Shown here piece after piece: positions 13,955-27,554 of a stretch of DNA of 64,000 nt (its first letter is position 1; each line of letters starts with the position of its first letter). The DNA is from Octopus vulgaris. Lineage: Eukaryota. The stretch is taken from assembly GCA_951406725.2 (NCBI GenBank), contig OX597825.1, positions 85,250,001 to 85,314,000 of the forward strand. Direction: 5' to 3'. The position numbers and the translations under genes are program-made. Below the pieces are notes generated by a model. The model did not search any database, was not told the origin of the DNA, and saw nothing but the letters and a program-made list of their open reading frames with translations.

Positions 13955-14285
13955 ACGGGTCACTGAAAAGACCAAAAGACCTCGGCTTTAAGGGTATCGC
14001 GAAAAGCCTGATGAAAGGGTCAAGCTTCTTTGTTCTTTTCACAGGGCTTCGAAAAGCTGAAGGACCGCTGCAACAGGTGTGAATTTGAAAATGAATAAAA
14101 TCATAATTAACTGATTCTCTTGTATCTTATTTTATCCAAAGCCAGGCACCTTTCAACACACCCTCATATATAGTATAAATGTATTTATGCATATATTTGC
14201 ATACATAATTGTATTTAGAAGTACATAGTCACTGCCACACGAATAGACGTACATATGTGCACACACACACACACACATACACACA

Positions 14286-14326
<41 letters not shown>

Positions 14327-15156
14327 CAACACATATGTGTGTCTAAATGTGTTTGTATTCATAGCTGTGCACACGTCTGAACGGCTTCGTTTGTGAGCGT
14401 TTCTCTTTGCGTTTTTTGTATGTTCATGTGTGTGAGTTTATATGTATTTATGCGTATGTATATTTGTGTGTGTGTGTGTTTGCGTGTGTGTATGTGCGTG
14501 TGCGTTTGTGTGTACAAGTTTCAATTCATGTAGAAAATGTCAAATAAGGAATACAAAAAATGTTCGCTTCAATGAATTAGAAAGGAAATTGAAAGAGAAT
14601 TGCTAGAATATGAAAACAGTCTGGAACAGCAGCGTTTGGCAAGACAGCCATGGCATTAAGTTAAATTTGTACTAATAAGGAAGGTGTGTCGTTGGAATTT
14701 AATCAAAGAACAGAGGATAGCACTCGTCTACAAAAGCTTTGATCACAGCCATAAAATCGCCAATAAACATCGTTGTTCTTCAATTCAAATTCCTTACGTC
14801 TATTACACACGTTTGAACACAGAATCGTGTGTCTGTGTATGTGTATGCGTGTATGCATGTGTGTATGTGTCCGTGTGTGTATTCTTATGCGTTTCGTTGC
14901 ATGAGTGCATGTGTTGTGTGAGGTCACTTTGAGTGCTACAAACAACATGTAATCCAGTACAGCCAGTGGCAATGTCGAGTCGTCAGCGACCAGAACGGTA
15001 GCCTCCTCGGTGAACGAAAATACCGGTTGAGCTGGATTGCCCTTCTTCGATTGATCTCCTTTAGTGTAAAGATAAAGATACTAGAAAATACAATCCCTTC
15101 GCCAATGCCAACGGTGTCTTTTGCAATATGGATCATGCAACTTATACCTTCTTTAC

Positions 15157-15325
15157 CTGTTGTCAGTGTGCCGTCGAGGTATCACCTGCGTGTCTGTGTA
15201 TGGTATACCTCTGATCTACGACCTGTATTGATTGATTGCTCCGAAGGTCAACAGTGTTTGCCTCAGAGGAAGTATTCTCCGATGATGTTACACTTTGGGA
15301 AGTATTGTCATGAAAGAATTAACAA
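15157..15325 (-). other. Candidate exon (probably non-coding or UTR)
   Basis: Minus-strand acceptor tttttattttcAG before 15325 and donor CAG|GTAAAG at 15157/15156, in unique higher-complexity sequence. All three frames contain stops. Confidence 0.3.
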
Positions 15326-15479
15326 CTGAAAATAAAAAGCGGATCATTCCTGAAAATAATGGGTAAGCAAACATACTTGTATGCGTGTATAACAGATTCT
15401 GCGTATATAGACTTTTTTATATACATATATGTTATATACAATATACACATATATTTGTAGTGCAATATATGGATTCACA

Positions 15480-15878
15480 AAGGCAACAAGCTGGCAGAAA
15501 CGTTAGCACGCCGGACGAAATGCTTAGCAGTATTTCGTCTGCCGCTACATTTTGAGTTCAAATTCCGCTGAGGTCGACTTTGCCTTTCATCCTTTCGGGG
15601 TCGATAAATTAAGTACCAGTTACGCACTGGGCGCGATATAATCGACTTAATCCGTTTGCCTATCCTTGTTTGTCCTATATGTGTTTAGCTCCTTGTGGAT
15701 AGTAAAGAAATAGGTATTTCATCTCTCTTTACGTTCTGAGTTCAAATTCCGCCGAGGTCGACTTTGCCTTTCATCCTTTCGGGGGTCGATAAAATAAGTA
15801 CCAGTTACGCACTGGGGTCGATATAATCGGCTGGCGGCCTCAACAAAGTTTTCGGCTCTTGTGCCTAGTGTAGAAAAG
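15480..15878 (+). mobile_element. SINE family A, dimeric form, with a perfect 16-bp TSD
   Basis: tRNA-like head AGCTGGCAGAAACGTTAGCACGCCGG and B-box GAGTTCAAATTCC. The core GAGGTCGACTTTGCCTTTCATCCTTTCGGGGTCGATAAATTAAGTACCAG occurs twice. TSD AATATATGGATTCACA at 15464-15479 and 15879-15894. Confidence 0.95.
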
Positions 15879-16794
15879 AATATATGGATTCACAGAAACC
15901 TGTGGAAATCACAGAATGCTCCTCTAGTGGACGCGGCTATCATACCACATGGTAATCGAATACAGAAGAGTATGATGTAGATTTCTAGGAGATATCCAAT
16001 CGATTAAATTATTTCGTGTGACGTATATACACGATAAAATAGTCAGGAAGTATAAGAGGTGGATATATTCATTTAACCATTTGATATCCATAAGGTTACA
16101 GCCGTTTCGCAGCCTTCAACATGTAATAATAATTTCAGTGTATAATAAACTATTTTACATGTCTGCTCCAATGTGGCTGCTACTTATTGCGTAGTACAAT
16201 TGTACATTTACAAATCAATGCAGATATAGAAGTCTAGCTTTTCAGATCACCAGAACAGCATAGTTAAACCAATGCTTCAGCTCTTGAATTTAATGAAAAT
16301 TATCGCATAGAGTGTTACAGATGATACAAACATTGTGATTGAAATAATAAATTTCGGCAGAATTACCATGATTCGCGTTTATCTAATTAACCATTTGCTT
16401 TATTTCCCATAGGGACTCTTTAATATTTAATTAACATTTGTTTTATTTTAATTAACGCAATTACTTACATCTCTCTCTTAATTACGTCATTGTTTTCGTT
16501 TAGTGGAAACAGTTAACTTTATAAGTAAACGACTAAATGTACTTCAGGCAATGTTGGTCGCTTTTAAAGACGTTTGTCGTCAGCGTTACACGCTCTCTTA
16601 AATAAGTATTTAGCAGAAGTATATTTATTTATATATATATGTGTTTGTGTGTGCTTGTGTGTGTATACATAAATGCATATGTATATATATAAATATATAT
16701 AAATATATATATGTATATATATATACATGAATATATATTTATATATATACATACACATGTATATACAAAGAGATAAAAAGAATGAAATTTTCCT

Positions 16795-17000
16795 AATTTT
16801 TGTTTGTTTCTGTCATTGAACAGTGGCCATGCTAGAGCACCGCCTTGAGGGGATTCGGTCGAGGAAATGGAACCCTCGATGTTCATTTTTAAACCTGGTA
16901 TTTATTGTGTCGATCTATTTTTGCTCTGCTGCTGGCTTACGTGGACGTAAAGAAACCAAAACCGTTTGTCAAATAATTCCAGGAGACAAACACAAACACA
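16795..17000 (-). mobile_element. SINE family B, 3' half
   Basis: TTGTTTCTGTCATTGAACAGTGGCCATGCTAGAGCACCGCC is the reverse complement of the family B 3' end; it abuts (CA)n. Confidence 0.75.
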
Positions 17001-17001
17001 A

Positions 17002-17065
<64 letters not shown>

Positions 17066-17685
17066 ACATACACACACACACATGCCAATCTTAGATTTCC
17101 TGATGTGTTTAAGGGCCCAACACTATGCAAGTCTTTGACGAGTTGACGAAAAGTAAAGAGACGTAATGATTTGCTGTTGTTCTCCGAATTTTTCTATTGA
17201 TTTCTCTCAGCCATTTTACATATAACATCTAACGTTTTAAGCCATTAAGCATCTTGTATTCGTTATCTCCCCATTTATGTTATTTATTTGTTTTCGCTAG
17301 TTTCCACTTCGTTCTCAGCTTTTTATCACCCATTATTCCCTCCTGCTTCTGCCTTAATTTATATTCAGTGATGCAATTCCGAAACGATATTATTTCAGAT
17401 ACAGCATGTAGCATAAAAAAATATATCTTTTATTGCCTCACATTCACACGCAAACATACAACCACAGGCACGAGCACAATGCCATGGATTTCTTTGCTTA
17501 TTTCAACAATCTGGAAGGTTTCCTCTAATGACAGTTGGGAAAAATTCATGTAATCGAAGTTGTTTAACTTAGTGTATCGAGTAAATGAAAATGCATCGTA
17601 TTTGAACGAAGACTGAAGGACATTCTCCTGAAGTATTTTCTCAGTCGTATTAGATATTTATAATAAGGGTCACTAAAATCTGCAC

Positions 17686-17753
<68 letters not shown>

Positions 17754-17963
17754 TTCTCTCTCTCTCTCTCTCTCTGCATATACATATATAAATAAGTATA
17801 AGATCGTTAATTTAAATTAAATAACGATCTTATCGAGTGGCCAGCATGGAAATAAAAACCTTCAAAGGTAATAATTACTATTAAAATTATAATTTAATGT
17901 GGTTTTAGAGTCAGATTTTGGCTGCTATTTTCAGCATGGCGGTATCTCGTAGATACCCTAAAT

Positions 17964-18011
<48 letters not shown>

Positions 18012-18023
18012 TAAAAAAAAATT

Positions 18024-18273
18024 AAATGTTCCTTCTCGAGCCATGCCAGGCTCATAAGGGCCCGTTTCCCGGTTTCAGTGGCGTAAAAATTCCCCACCTG
18101 GAAGGGTCACCGGTCCATCGCAGGATTACTAATTTTTGCCTGCTGAGTGGACTTGAGCAAAGTGAAATGAAGTGTCTTGCTCAAGAACACAACGCATCAC
18201 CCGGTCCAGGAATCGAGACCACAACCATACGATCATGAGTTCAACACCCTAACCACTAAGCCACCTGCCTCCA
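18024..18273 (-). mobile_element. SINE family C, full length, tail type 1
   Basis: Minus strand: GGTGGCTTAGTGGTTAGGGTG...TCGATTCCTGGACCGG...TTCTTGAGCAAGACACTTCATTTCAC...GCGATGGACCGG...GAAACCGGGAAACGGGCCCTTATGAGCC. Confidence 0.9.
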
Positions 18274-18292
18274 CATATATATACATATGTAT

Positions 18293-18492
18293 AAAAAAGA
18301 ATACAAAAAATGGAACAAGAACGCAAAAGATCCGGACTGTTAAATGATACAAAAAAGGGACAACAAAAGCAAGGACGGATCTTTCGAAGTTTTCTTTCGT
18401 CGGCCGAATCCAGATTGGATTTGCAGTTCTTGTCCCATTGTTTTGTATTTTTTTTACTATACATATAGCGGCGTACGTACACTTTGGTCTCT
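18293..18492. mobile_element. Foldback element in TA-rich context (same family as 40894-41130)
   Basis: AAAAAAGAATACAAAAAATGGAACAAG pairs with CTTGTCCCATTGTTTTGTATTTTTTT. Ends in TACATATAGCGGCGTACGTACACTTTGGTCTC, also found near 41101-41130. Confidence 0.8.
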
Positions 18493-18849
18493 TGTATATA
18501 TATTTATACATATATATATATGTATATCACACGCTGTCTCCTTTTCTGTATATATGAGGTGGGAAGGTGAGAGTGTGTGTGTCGTATTACATTGTGTTAT
18601 ATAATGTATTAAGAATTTTTTATGTGAATATATAATTGGTTAAGAGAACTAATTCAATCAGTCTAATGGTATTTCACAATCTGTCAGTCGATATCACCAT
18701 CTTTTGTGCATTCAAAATATAACGTAATACAAACGCCGTATCAGACTGTTGCAAATTAAATATAAATGATTATATATATTACTGGTAGTTGGCCATAATA
18801 CTGCTGAAGTATTAAGGCTGCTGCTGCTGTTGATGATGATGATGATGAT

Positions 18850-19047
18850 GATTTCAACTTTTGGCACAAGGACAGTTCGGGGGATTGGGGTCAACCGATT
18901 ACATCGACGACATTACTGAACTGGTAACTTATTTTATCGGCCCTGGAAGAATGAGAGGCAAAGCTGACCTCGGCGGAATTTGAACTCAGACCGTAAAGAC
19001 GGACGAAATGCCGCTAAGCAATTTGCCCATCGTGTTAACGATTTTGT
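18850..19047 (-). mobile_element. SINE family A monomer
   Basis: GGCAAAGCTGACCTCGGCGGAATTTGAACTCAGA...GAAATGCCGCTAAGCA is the reverse complement of the family A head and core. Confidence 0.85.
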
Positions 19048-19969
19048 TGCAATGTTTCCCGAAAACAAACATATTTTGGAACATACTTTTGTTGCCACAG
19101 TTCACTCGGTGCATATATACGAGTATTGTGCTTGTGGTTGTTGCTGCTGCTGCAACAAACACAGCTGTAGCCTGCATTTTGTGTTTCTGTATTGCCGATG
19201 TTGTGGGAATATTGGTTTTTTTAATGTTATTTTTGCCTTGTATTTTTTTAACGAACAACGCGCACTTTAATAGTGTTTGTTTTCTTGTTTCCGTGTTCGG
19301 AAAAAATTGTTGTGTTTGACATCATTGTCTTGTCGCTTTCCTGCAGGTTGTTGGGGACACCTTTTCTGAGTGTCTGTCTACTAAGAAACCAAAATAAATT
19401 CACTTAGAAAATCAGAATTTAATATATCCCCCTCACCCGGCCTGTATAGTGTGCCTGGGGACTTACAAAATGAGAATTCCCTGCCGAAAGAATCCAACAA
19501 GAAACTAATTTTCGGCCAGTAAGAATGTAGTAGAAATGTAAATCGCTGGAAATCGCGAAAATGCGTCTATTCTTTTCATCCACAATCTCCTTCGGAATCA
19601 GTACAAAATTCTTTTCGTCTCCTTCGGGTTATTTTGCCGTCTCACGTGGCTCTCGTTATTATTTAGGACAATCATAATCTTCAGGTTCTCCCGAAGAGTC
19701 GACACCATTTGAAGATGGATTTCCATCTTTTTGGCCTTTAGTCTGATCTTTCAGTCGTGTTGTCCTCTCATTTTTTTTCTTGCTATTCCTGGTGTTTTTA
19801 TATACTTTCACACTCTCCATTACCTTACAATAATAGTGCATTCAACTGCTGTTTCTAGCACTCTGCCATCTCAGTACCAGAGACGATGACTTTGCAGCTT
19901 TTTTGTAACCCAAACACTTTGACCCATGGAGACGGCAGCACTGAATATAAAGCGAAGTACATGTTTTGC

Positions 19970-20375
19970 CGAGGTGCAAAAGATGGGCTCCAGCAAATAT
20001 TCTGCTCAACACCACAGATTTGCTTGTCAGTTGTTTGACCTTAACCAGTTGAGCAATGTCCCTTAGTGGCCGACAATATGTGCATTTCTGTTCAGGAGCA
20101 GAAGTAGTGAAGGATCATCATAGCCATGAGTTGAGAGGAATTCTTTGGGACTTGAATAATTCACCTCCGTAAAGATGACAGTTTCCTTCAACATCCTTAA
20201 ACAACCCTTATTCAAGGACGTTTTGAGCGGGTAGGGCTACCCGGCCTGAAGAAAATTCTAACTAGGCCTCACTTGCAAGGTCATGCGCCGTTTTTCTTGA
20301 TATAAGGTCGCCATGTCATGCACATATGGTTGTGAAGCATGTGTCTGGTGTACCCTTATCATACAGGGGGTGAGG
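19970..20375. other. Unique-looking, moderately GC-rich block; probable interspersed repeat of unknown class
   Basis: Sharp compositional contrast and no ORF. Only one copy in the window, so the repeat call is inference. Confidence 0.3.
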
Positions 20376-20759
20376 TGGTAGATTGGACTTTGAATGTTTA
20401 TAAAGCAGCATCACTTTGATGGCGTGTGTTGCTGTCTCACACAATAACGATTGATATTTTTTTGTGACATCGATTGTAAGAAGTTATATCAACGCCAATA
20501 CTTGACTTATCAGTTCTCTTATCGACGCCATAATTATCAGGATTGAACCAATAACGTTGACCAAAGCAAGCATAAACTGCTATGCATTATATCCAAATCT
20601 CTGCCAATTCTTCCCAACCAAATCCCTTGGGAGATGGTGTTGGCCGAGAGAAAAGACAGACAAAGGTCACATTATAGGGATAAGTACGTCGTTGCAAAAT
20701 AGCACCAACGGCATTATCAATAATTAGGTGATGATGATGATGATGTTGATGAAACAATC

Positions 20760-20818
<59 letters not shown>

Positions 20819-21214
20819 TAGTAATAATAATAATAATTGTGAGGGCGAAGACGATAAATGCGCAAAGATATCAATTGTTGGTTAACAGAATAAATACTTC
20901 GATAAAATAGCTTGCAGCTATCATTTAATGTACAAGTTCGATTATTTTGCAGAGGTTTGGTAAAATGGTAAAAACGAAACATTAAGTATGTGCGTGTGTT
21001 ACTTTGTGTATGCGTGTGTATGTGTTTGGTGGGAGAGGGGAGGTGGGTGTGGCTCTAGAAATTGTATTGAGTGCAGCAGGAAACTTAACATTTAATTAAG
21101 GAGGGAAAATAACGTATGCACAGAAAAACATCTATACAAATACATGCGCATATATATATATATATATATAAGAGAGAGAGAGAGAGGGAGAGGAAGACAG
21201 ATAGATAGACAAAC

Positions 21215-21283
<69 letters not shown>

Positions 21284-21409
21284 TACAAAGATAGATAGAT
21301 AGATATCTTTATATATCCATTCACACATACTAATATATATGTATGTATATGCGTGCGTTTATAGATGAATATATGTATGTATGTATGCATGTATGTATAT
21401 ACATATATA

Positions 21410-21462
<53 letters not shown>

Positions 21463-21467
21463 TATAA

Positions 21468-21516
<49 letters not shown>

Positions 21517-21931
21517 TGGTTATGTTTTGAGAAACTTCAGTAAAAGACTGTATTACCTATGAATGCAAACATCGGGGAAGTAATCTGAAACGAGGCAAGA
21601 ATTATATAGTGGTACATTGCCACACACACACACATACACACACATCCATACACACACATCCATACACACATGTATGTATATACCTATTATTATATTATAT
21701 ATGTATGAATGTGAGTGTGCACATGAGTTTGTGTGCATGTGTATATATCTATACATGTATGTATGTACGTCAGAGATGCATATAAACGTTTAGATATAAC
21801 CAATATAACAACGTAATCTATACCAGTCAATACCTCGATATCCAATTCATATCACTAGCTATTTGATTTGAGTATTTTCCTTAGTGTACTGTCTGCTTGT
21901 ATTGTCTCCTTTCGTTGTATGTATACATAAA

Positions 21932-21987
<56 letters not shown>

Positions 21988-22323
21988 TATATGCAGCTAT
22001 TCATATATTTAAATAAAGTTTCACACATATTTATATACATCAGTTGCGTCAATACATTTTGTTTTCTTCCATTATGGGTAACTTTCGTAGAAGACTCTTT
22101 TTTTTTTCATATATATTAGTTGAAAAGTGTTTTGTATCATATACATGTGTGTGTGTGTATGTGTGTGTGTGAGAGAGTGTAAGGTATCTGCGTATAATGC
22201 ATCAATAGCGTGTGTGACTGATGGAATATAGCTAAGAAGCCTGTAATGGATGTTAAATATGCAAGTGTTAGTGTCTCGTAAAATAAAGTGAACTGGAAAT
22301 CTACAATTACCTATATTACACAC

Positions 22324-22371
<48 letters not shown>

Positions 22372-22440
22372 CTAGATAGATAGATATTGATGTATATGCG
22401 TATGTATATGTATATACATGCATAAATATGTATGTGCGCA

Positions 22441-22483
<43 letters not shown>

Positions 22484-23379
22484 CTCCTTCATTAAAACAA
22501 ATTGCTGTCAGAGAATGAAATAAACACCACTCTCATAACATATTTTGTTTCCCACAAACTGTTTATATAAACTGTGCTGTAGCATGGCCTTACCATTGAC
22601 CACTAAAGCTGTCTAAATGAACTTCTAATATTAATAGTCACCACTCTAAAATTTGTAAAACTCTGCGAGATAATTGTTAACGTTAATGTGGTTTTAATAG
22701 GTTTGTTGGCGGTCCATTGACATATCCGTCACTACAATGAATCAACGATGGTCATACAGCATTCTAGAAACCTGAGCCAGATCTCTCTCAGATCAGAGGA
22801 AGGGTTCGACGTAGACTGTTCAAAATGACTGCTTGAATAGTGCGACCTTCGTTTTCATCTAAACGGAGTTGAAAAACAACCGGACGGTCGGAGCTGAAAT
22901 AAATTTGATCATTTGATCTTAAGTTTGCTCGATCTGAGCCGACCAAGGGCTAATCAATCACAGCCAATTACCAAACTTTCTCTCCAATTATTGCAATCAA
23001 TATTCTTTTAATCTAATCAATAAATAAATGGCTTTTGAATAATATTGTTTAGCAAAATTCTGACACTACTATGTTCGCTCCACACAACTCACTAAATTTA
23101 CAAATTATGGAAAATATCAAAGAGAAAATGGCGGCACCCAACCATTGTATCAACTTTACTCTGTTGTTTTGTTGTTTGAAACAATAGTTTGATTTAGCGA
23201 GATTTGACTGCTATTTTTGTCAGTTTTAGTGACCAATAGAGTCTGTCTCCTTTTGTAAGATCAATTCTAGTTTGCTGCTCTGACATTACGCCTCAAATCT
23301 CTCATTCTGAAACTATGTCGATGTTACAAGGCGGTATCGATATACAAACATAGGGACAAGGGATGTAGAAGTCAGTATT

Positions 23380-23424
<45 letters not shown>

Positions 23425-24316
23425 CCTCCTCTCCCTCATTCAACATATCTCTCTCTCTCATGGTCGCATGACAAGCTAGGAAAAGAACGACGAAACGTCC
23501 CACAAACCACTGCCTTCCCTTGCAAAACAGGAAGGACATGTTTCGATCATGATGATCAAGGAGAGAACGTAGGTAATAACGGATCTAATGGAATGGGTTT
23601 GATGTGTCGCTAAAAAAATAACAACAACAATGACAACTTTGGCCATAGGCATGCTCGTTTAGACTGACCTTGGGCTAAACAACAACATAAGCGTTTTAAA
23701 TCCTGGCTCTACTCGAATAGGTCTGACCTAAACAACAATAACAAGGCAATAACAGCACCAACAATGATAGACATGAAAAGAACTGATTTATTTTTACATA
23801 ATGGTTGCCCCAGCATGGCCACAACCTCAGAGCTGCAACATATGAAATAATAAAAGAACATCTTTGTCATGGGAACTTATCGTATGGATAATGGGGGATT
23901 GATGCCGATTGGCCAAAAGGTACGAAGAATTGGGTACCTCCAAGGTAAAAGATGTAGGTGTGTCAAGGATGGGAGAAGAGGATTATCTCCCAGCTGAAAG
24001 GAAGTGAAGATGACTCTAGGGTGAAAGAAGGTCTAAACATTAATGTCTATTTATCTCTTTATTCTCCATATGGGGCTAAACGTAGAGGGGACAAACATTT
24101 GTGCCTATTTGCCTTAATCTATCACCGAATTTTACACCACCACTTGGAACCTCGAGTGACTTTTTGGAGCCCAATGTTTTGCAAGCATTCATGCCAGGTC
24201 TTCGGTTTAAGAATGCTTTCCTCCTTGCCTCCGACTCGTCGCGGAGACTTTGTAAAGTGCCCTGGGCATTGGTTTTCTTCCTGATTGCATGATTTAAAAA
24301 CAAATACACAATTGTA

Positions 24317-24478
24317 AGCGCATGCGTGGTTGTGTAGTAAAACGTTTGCATCCCAGCCACATGGTTCTGGGTTCAGTTCCAATGCGTAGCTCGATAGGCA
24401 GGTGTCTTCTTCTATGGCTTCAGGCTGATCAAAAGTTTGTGAGTGGATTTGGTAGACAGAAACTGAAAGAAGTCCCTT

Positions 24479-24546
<68 letters not shown>

Positions 24547-24573
24547 TGTGCGTGCGTGTCTGTGCGCGCGCGC

Positions 24574-24629
<56 letters not shown>

Positions 24630-24849
24630 GCGAGTGTGATTTTGTCGTTGTGTTTGCTCCCCTCCGTCGCGTAACAATCAGTTGTTGACTAGCTTATATC
24701 CCCGTAACTTAGCGGTTCAGTCAAGGACCGACAGAATTAGTAACGGGCTTTAAGAATAAAGTGGGGTCGATTCGTTTGATTGAAAACTTTTCAAGGTGGT
24801 GCCCCAGCATGGCCGCAGTCTAATGATTGAAACGAGTAAGAGATAAGAG
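24317..24849 (+). mobile_element. SINE family B, full length, with expanded internal (TG)n(TA)n
   Basis: Head GCGCATGCGTGGTTGTGTAGT, B-box GGGTTCAGTTCC, 3' end CCAGCATGGCCGCAGTCTAATGATTGAAACGAGTAAG. Possible TSD ACAATTGTA/ACAATTATA. Confidence 0.9.
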
Positions 24850-25261
24850 ACAATTATAGCTGCCACTTGAAATACAATATTTCCGATTTCAGCAGAATTT
24901 CAATTACTGACTTTAGAATTATAGCAATTACTGGATAATTAATGGAGAAAGTTTCTTTAAAAAAGAAAATAGACGTTAAGATGAAAATAATATCTGTTCG
25001 TATGTTATCTGCTCTGTATTTGCCAATGGAAAGAGGGGAAAAAATACTTGAATCATTTTGTAACCGATTTCCCTATCTCGTTAGTAATAAACTATTCCTT
25101 AGTGTCCAATAAGATGAATTTAATCAACTTCTTTCCGCCTGGAGAAAATGAGGAGGAAAAAAGAAAATTGAGGTTTTCATACTGAATGTTATTTTGAAAA
25201 ACAGGAAAAAAATAACGCTTTGAAAATTATAATCATACAACGAAATAATATATTTGAAAAA

Positions 25262-25315
<54 letters not shown>

Positions 25316-25365
25316 ATGTGTGTGTGTGTATGTGTGTGTGTGTGCATATATATATATATATATAG

Positions 25366-25630
25366 ACATATTTATAGATGTATGTATATAAATGCGTACA
25401 TTTGAATATTTGCTTATTTGTCCGGGTGTACGTGTGTGCCGTTATATGTATACATATACGTATGTATGTTTCTTTACATGTATATATATATATAAAAATA
25501 TATGCATACATATTTGTAGATGTGTGTATATAAATGCGTACATCTGAATATTTGCTTATTTGTCCAGGTGCATGTGTATTTCATTATATGTATACAGATA
25601 TGTATGTATATTTCTTTACATGTATATATA
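25366..25630. repeat. Tandem duplication of ~140 bp (two diverged copies)
   Basis: TATATAAATGCGTACAT(T/C)TGAATATTTGCTTATTTGTCC(G/A)GGTG...TTTCTTTACATGTATA occurs at ~25385 and ~25526. Confidence 0.85.
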
Positions 25631-25634
25631 TGTA

Positions 25635-25697
<63 letters not shown>

Positions 25698-25703
25698 ATG
25701 TAC

Positions 25704-25747
<44 letters not shown>

Positions 25748-25999
25748 GGGGGTACACGCACACACACACACACACACACCTACACGCATGCATATATAAA
25801 CATGGATGTATATGAACACGAGACATTCTATTAAAAGTACATACGCGTCTGCTGCAATATATTGCACCTTATTTTAACTGTTGTGATATTGGATATTCTG
25901 TGAACGAACAGATGCTACCTTTGACCGTATCTATCCAATTATCAATCGTATCTAAGAGTCCACTGAATAAGAGATTGAAAATGAAATATTTCTTTGCAA

Positions 26000-26340
26000 T
26001 ATATATGTTGCTCAGCATAATATCGTAGTTTTATCATGGATCATTTTATTATTATAATTGCTTCTGTCCAGTCTCACGGTATTTAGTAAAGAATAATGTT
26101 TCCGAATGGGAAATATATACCGGCTAATCCACTTGATCACATACTGACCTCACCTCTAACATTTCTATACTAAGTTTCAATCAAGATACTTATATGTATT
26201 GAAACACTCTTACGAGAAACACCGCTGATCTATCGAGTTATATTTGGGACCAGAAGAAGGAAATAATAATTGTTACTTAAGCTGGAATATTTTATCAATT
26301 GTGAATTCATACTTAAAAACCATTCGGTCTTGCAAACATT
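26000..26340 (+). mobile_element. Penelope-like element GIY-YIG endonuclease remnant
   Basis: Translation from 26065: CPVSRYLVKNNVSEWEIYTG*ST*SHTDLTSNISILSFNQDTYMY*NTLTRNTADLSSYIWDQKKE, then after a frameshift LSWNILSIVNSYLKTIRSCK. This follows the PLE pattern CP....L..N..Y...YIG.T...FK.RF..H...F....RN.T.LS.YIW.LK.....W.I......Y......C. Confidence 0.7.
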
Positions 26341-27318
26341 TCAGTTTACCCTAACATTGTAACGCAGTTTGTGCTCTCCATGTTGATTACATCCTGCATT
26401 TGAAAGATACATCGATTCGCAGATCCAAGATGGACACAAGCCAATGTCGACGTCGGCAGGATTTGAACTTAGTATGTAAAGTACTGGAACAAAATTCACC
26501 TTAAAAAATCTTGTCCAACATTAACGATACAGACATTTTTATTCAGAAAGGTTATAAAATATTTATGTATACATGTATTAAACTGAAGTGGGTCAACTCC
26601 GTAAAATAAGAAATAAAATAACATAAATTTTGTAAACGAACATAAAGGTGTAAGGAGTCGGCATCTAAGGAATGTGACGCTACACCAATATTCCGATGAC
26701 CTTTCATTATGAAGAATCCTTTCGCCATTGCGGTACACCAAGATTCCGAAGATCTCTCATTCTGAAGAATCCTTTCACCAATACACTCTGAAATTTATCC
26801 GTATTAACTCAGGAGTATCTTCAGGTTTAGTCTATCCGCAAAGAGTAGAAGGACCTTGAGCACTATTTTGACTGGTTCCTTGAGCCAAAATAAATTCTGG
26901 CGTCGTTTTCACGGTTATCAACGACAAGGAATATAAAACTACGATTTCTCTCTCCCCCTCCCCTATTTCTCTTTCTCTCTCTCTCTCTCTCGCTCTCTCC
27001 TCTTCCTCCCCTCTCTCTCTTTCTCTGTTGTTCTCTCAAAGTTGATATGATGATGAACATATTCGAGACTGTCTCCTATTCAGTAGCGAAACTAATGAAG
27101 TCGAGGTTGATGCTGTTCTGCAGATGAGGTTCCTGCATTTGAGACACAGACTCTCTTCTCACAATCCTTTGGATACATGTTCATTAAACTCACATATCTG
27201 AATTTATTAACAGACATCCACAAACACTCCGTATCTTTACTTTTTACACACACACACACACACACATGTGTATATTATGCATATTTATTTATATATATTG
27301 TAACTGTATACATATGTA

Positions 27319-27363
<45 letters not shown>

Positions 27364-27487
27364 CGCTTCCTTGCCACTATTATCACATGGCTGTTCCATA
27401 AAAAACACATTATTTTCCTTTTTAGAACAGCCATGTTATAGAGGCAAAAATCATTACTCTTTAGATATTTTAGAGCTAGCTATTTTG

Positions 27488-27554
<67 letters not shown>

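Noticed and set aside
18200-18273. tRNA gene
   Set aside because: The A/B boxes belong to a SINE head; there is no complete cloverleaf and it continues into SINE body. The same applies to the other SINE heads.
19659-19945. Minus-strand exon or ORF candidate
   Set aside because: The AG...GT-bounded segment has stops in all frames and the downstream peptide is unrecognisable.
24100-24300. Zinc-knuckle-like CNQ...PGHF peptide (possible LINE ORF1)
   Set aside because: Cys/His spacing does not fit CCHC; too weak to call.
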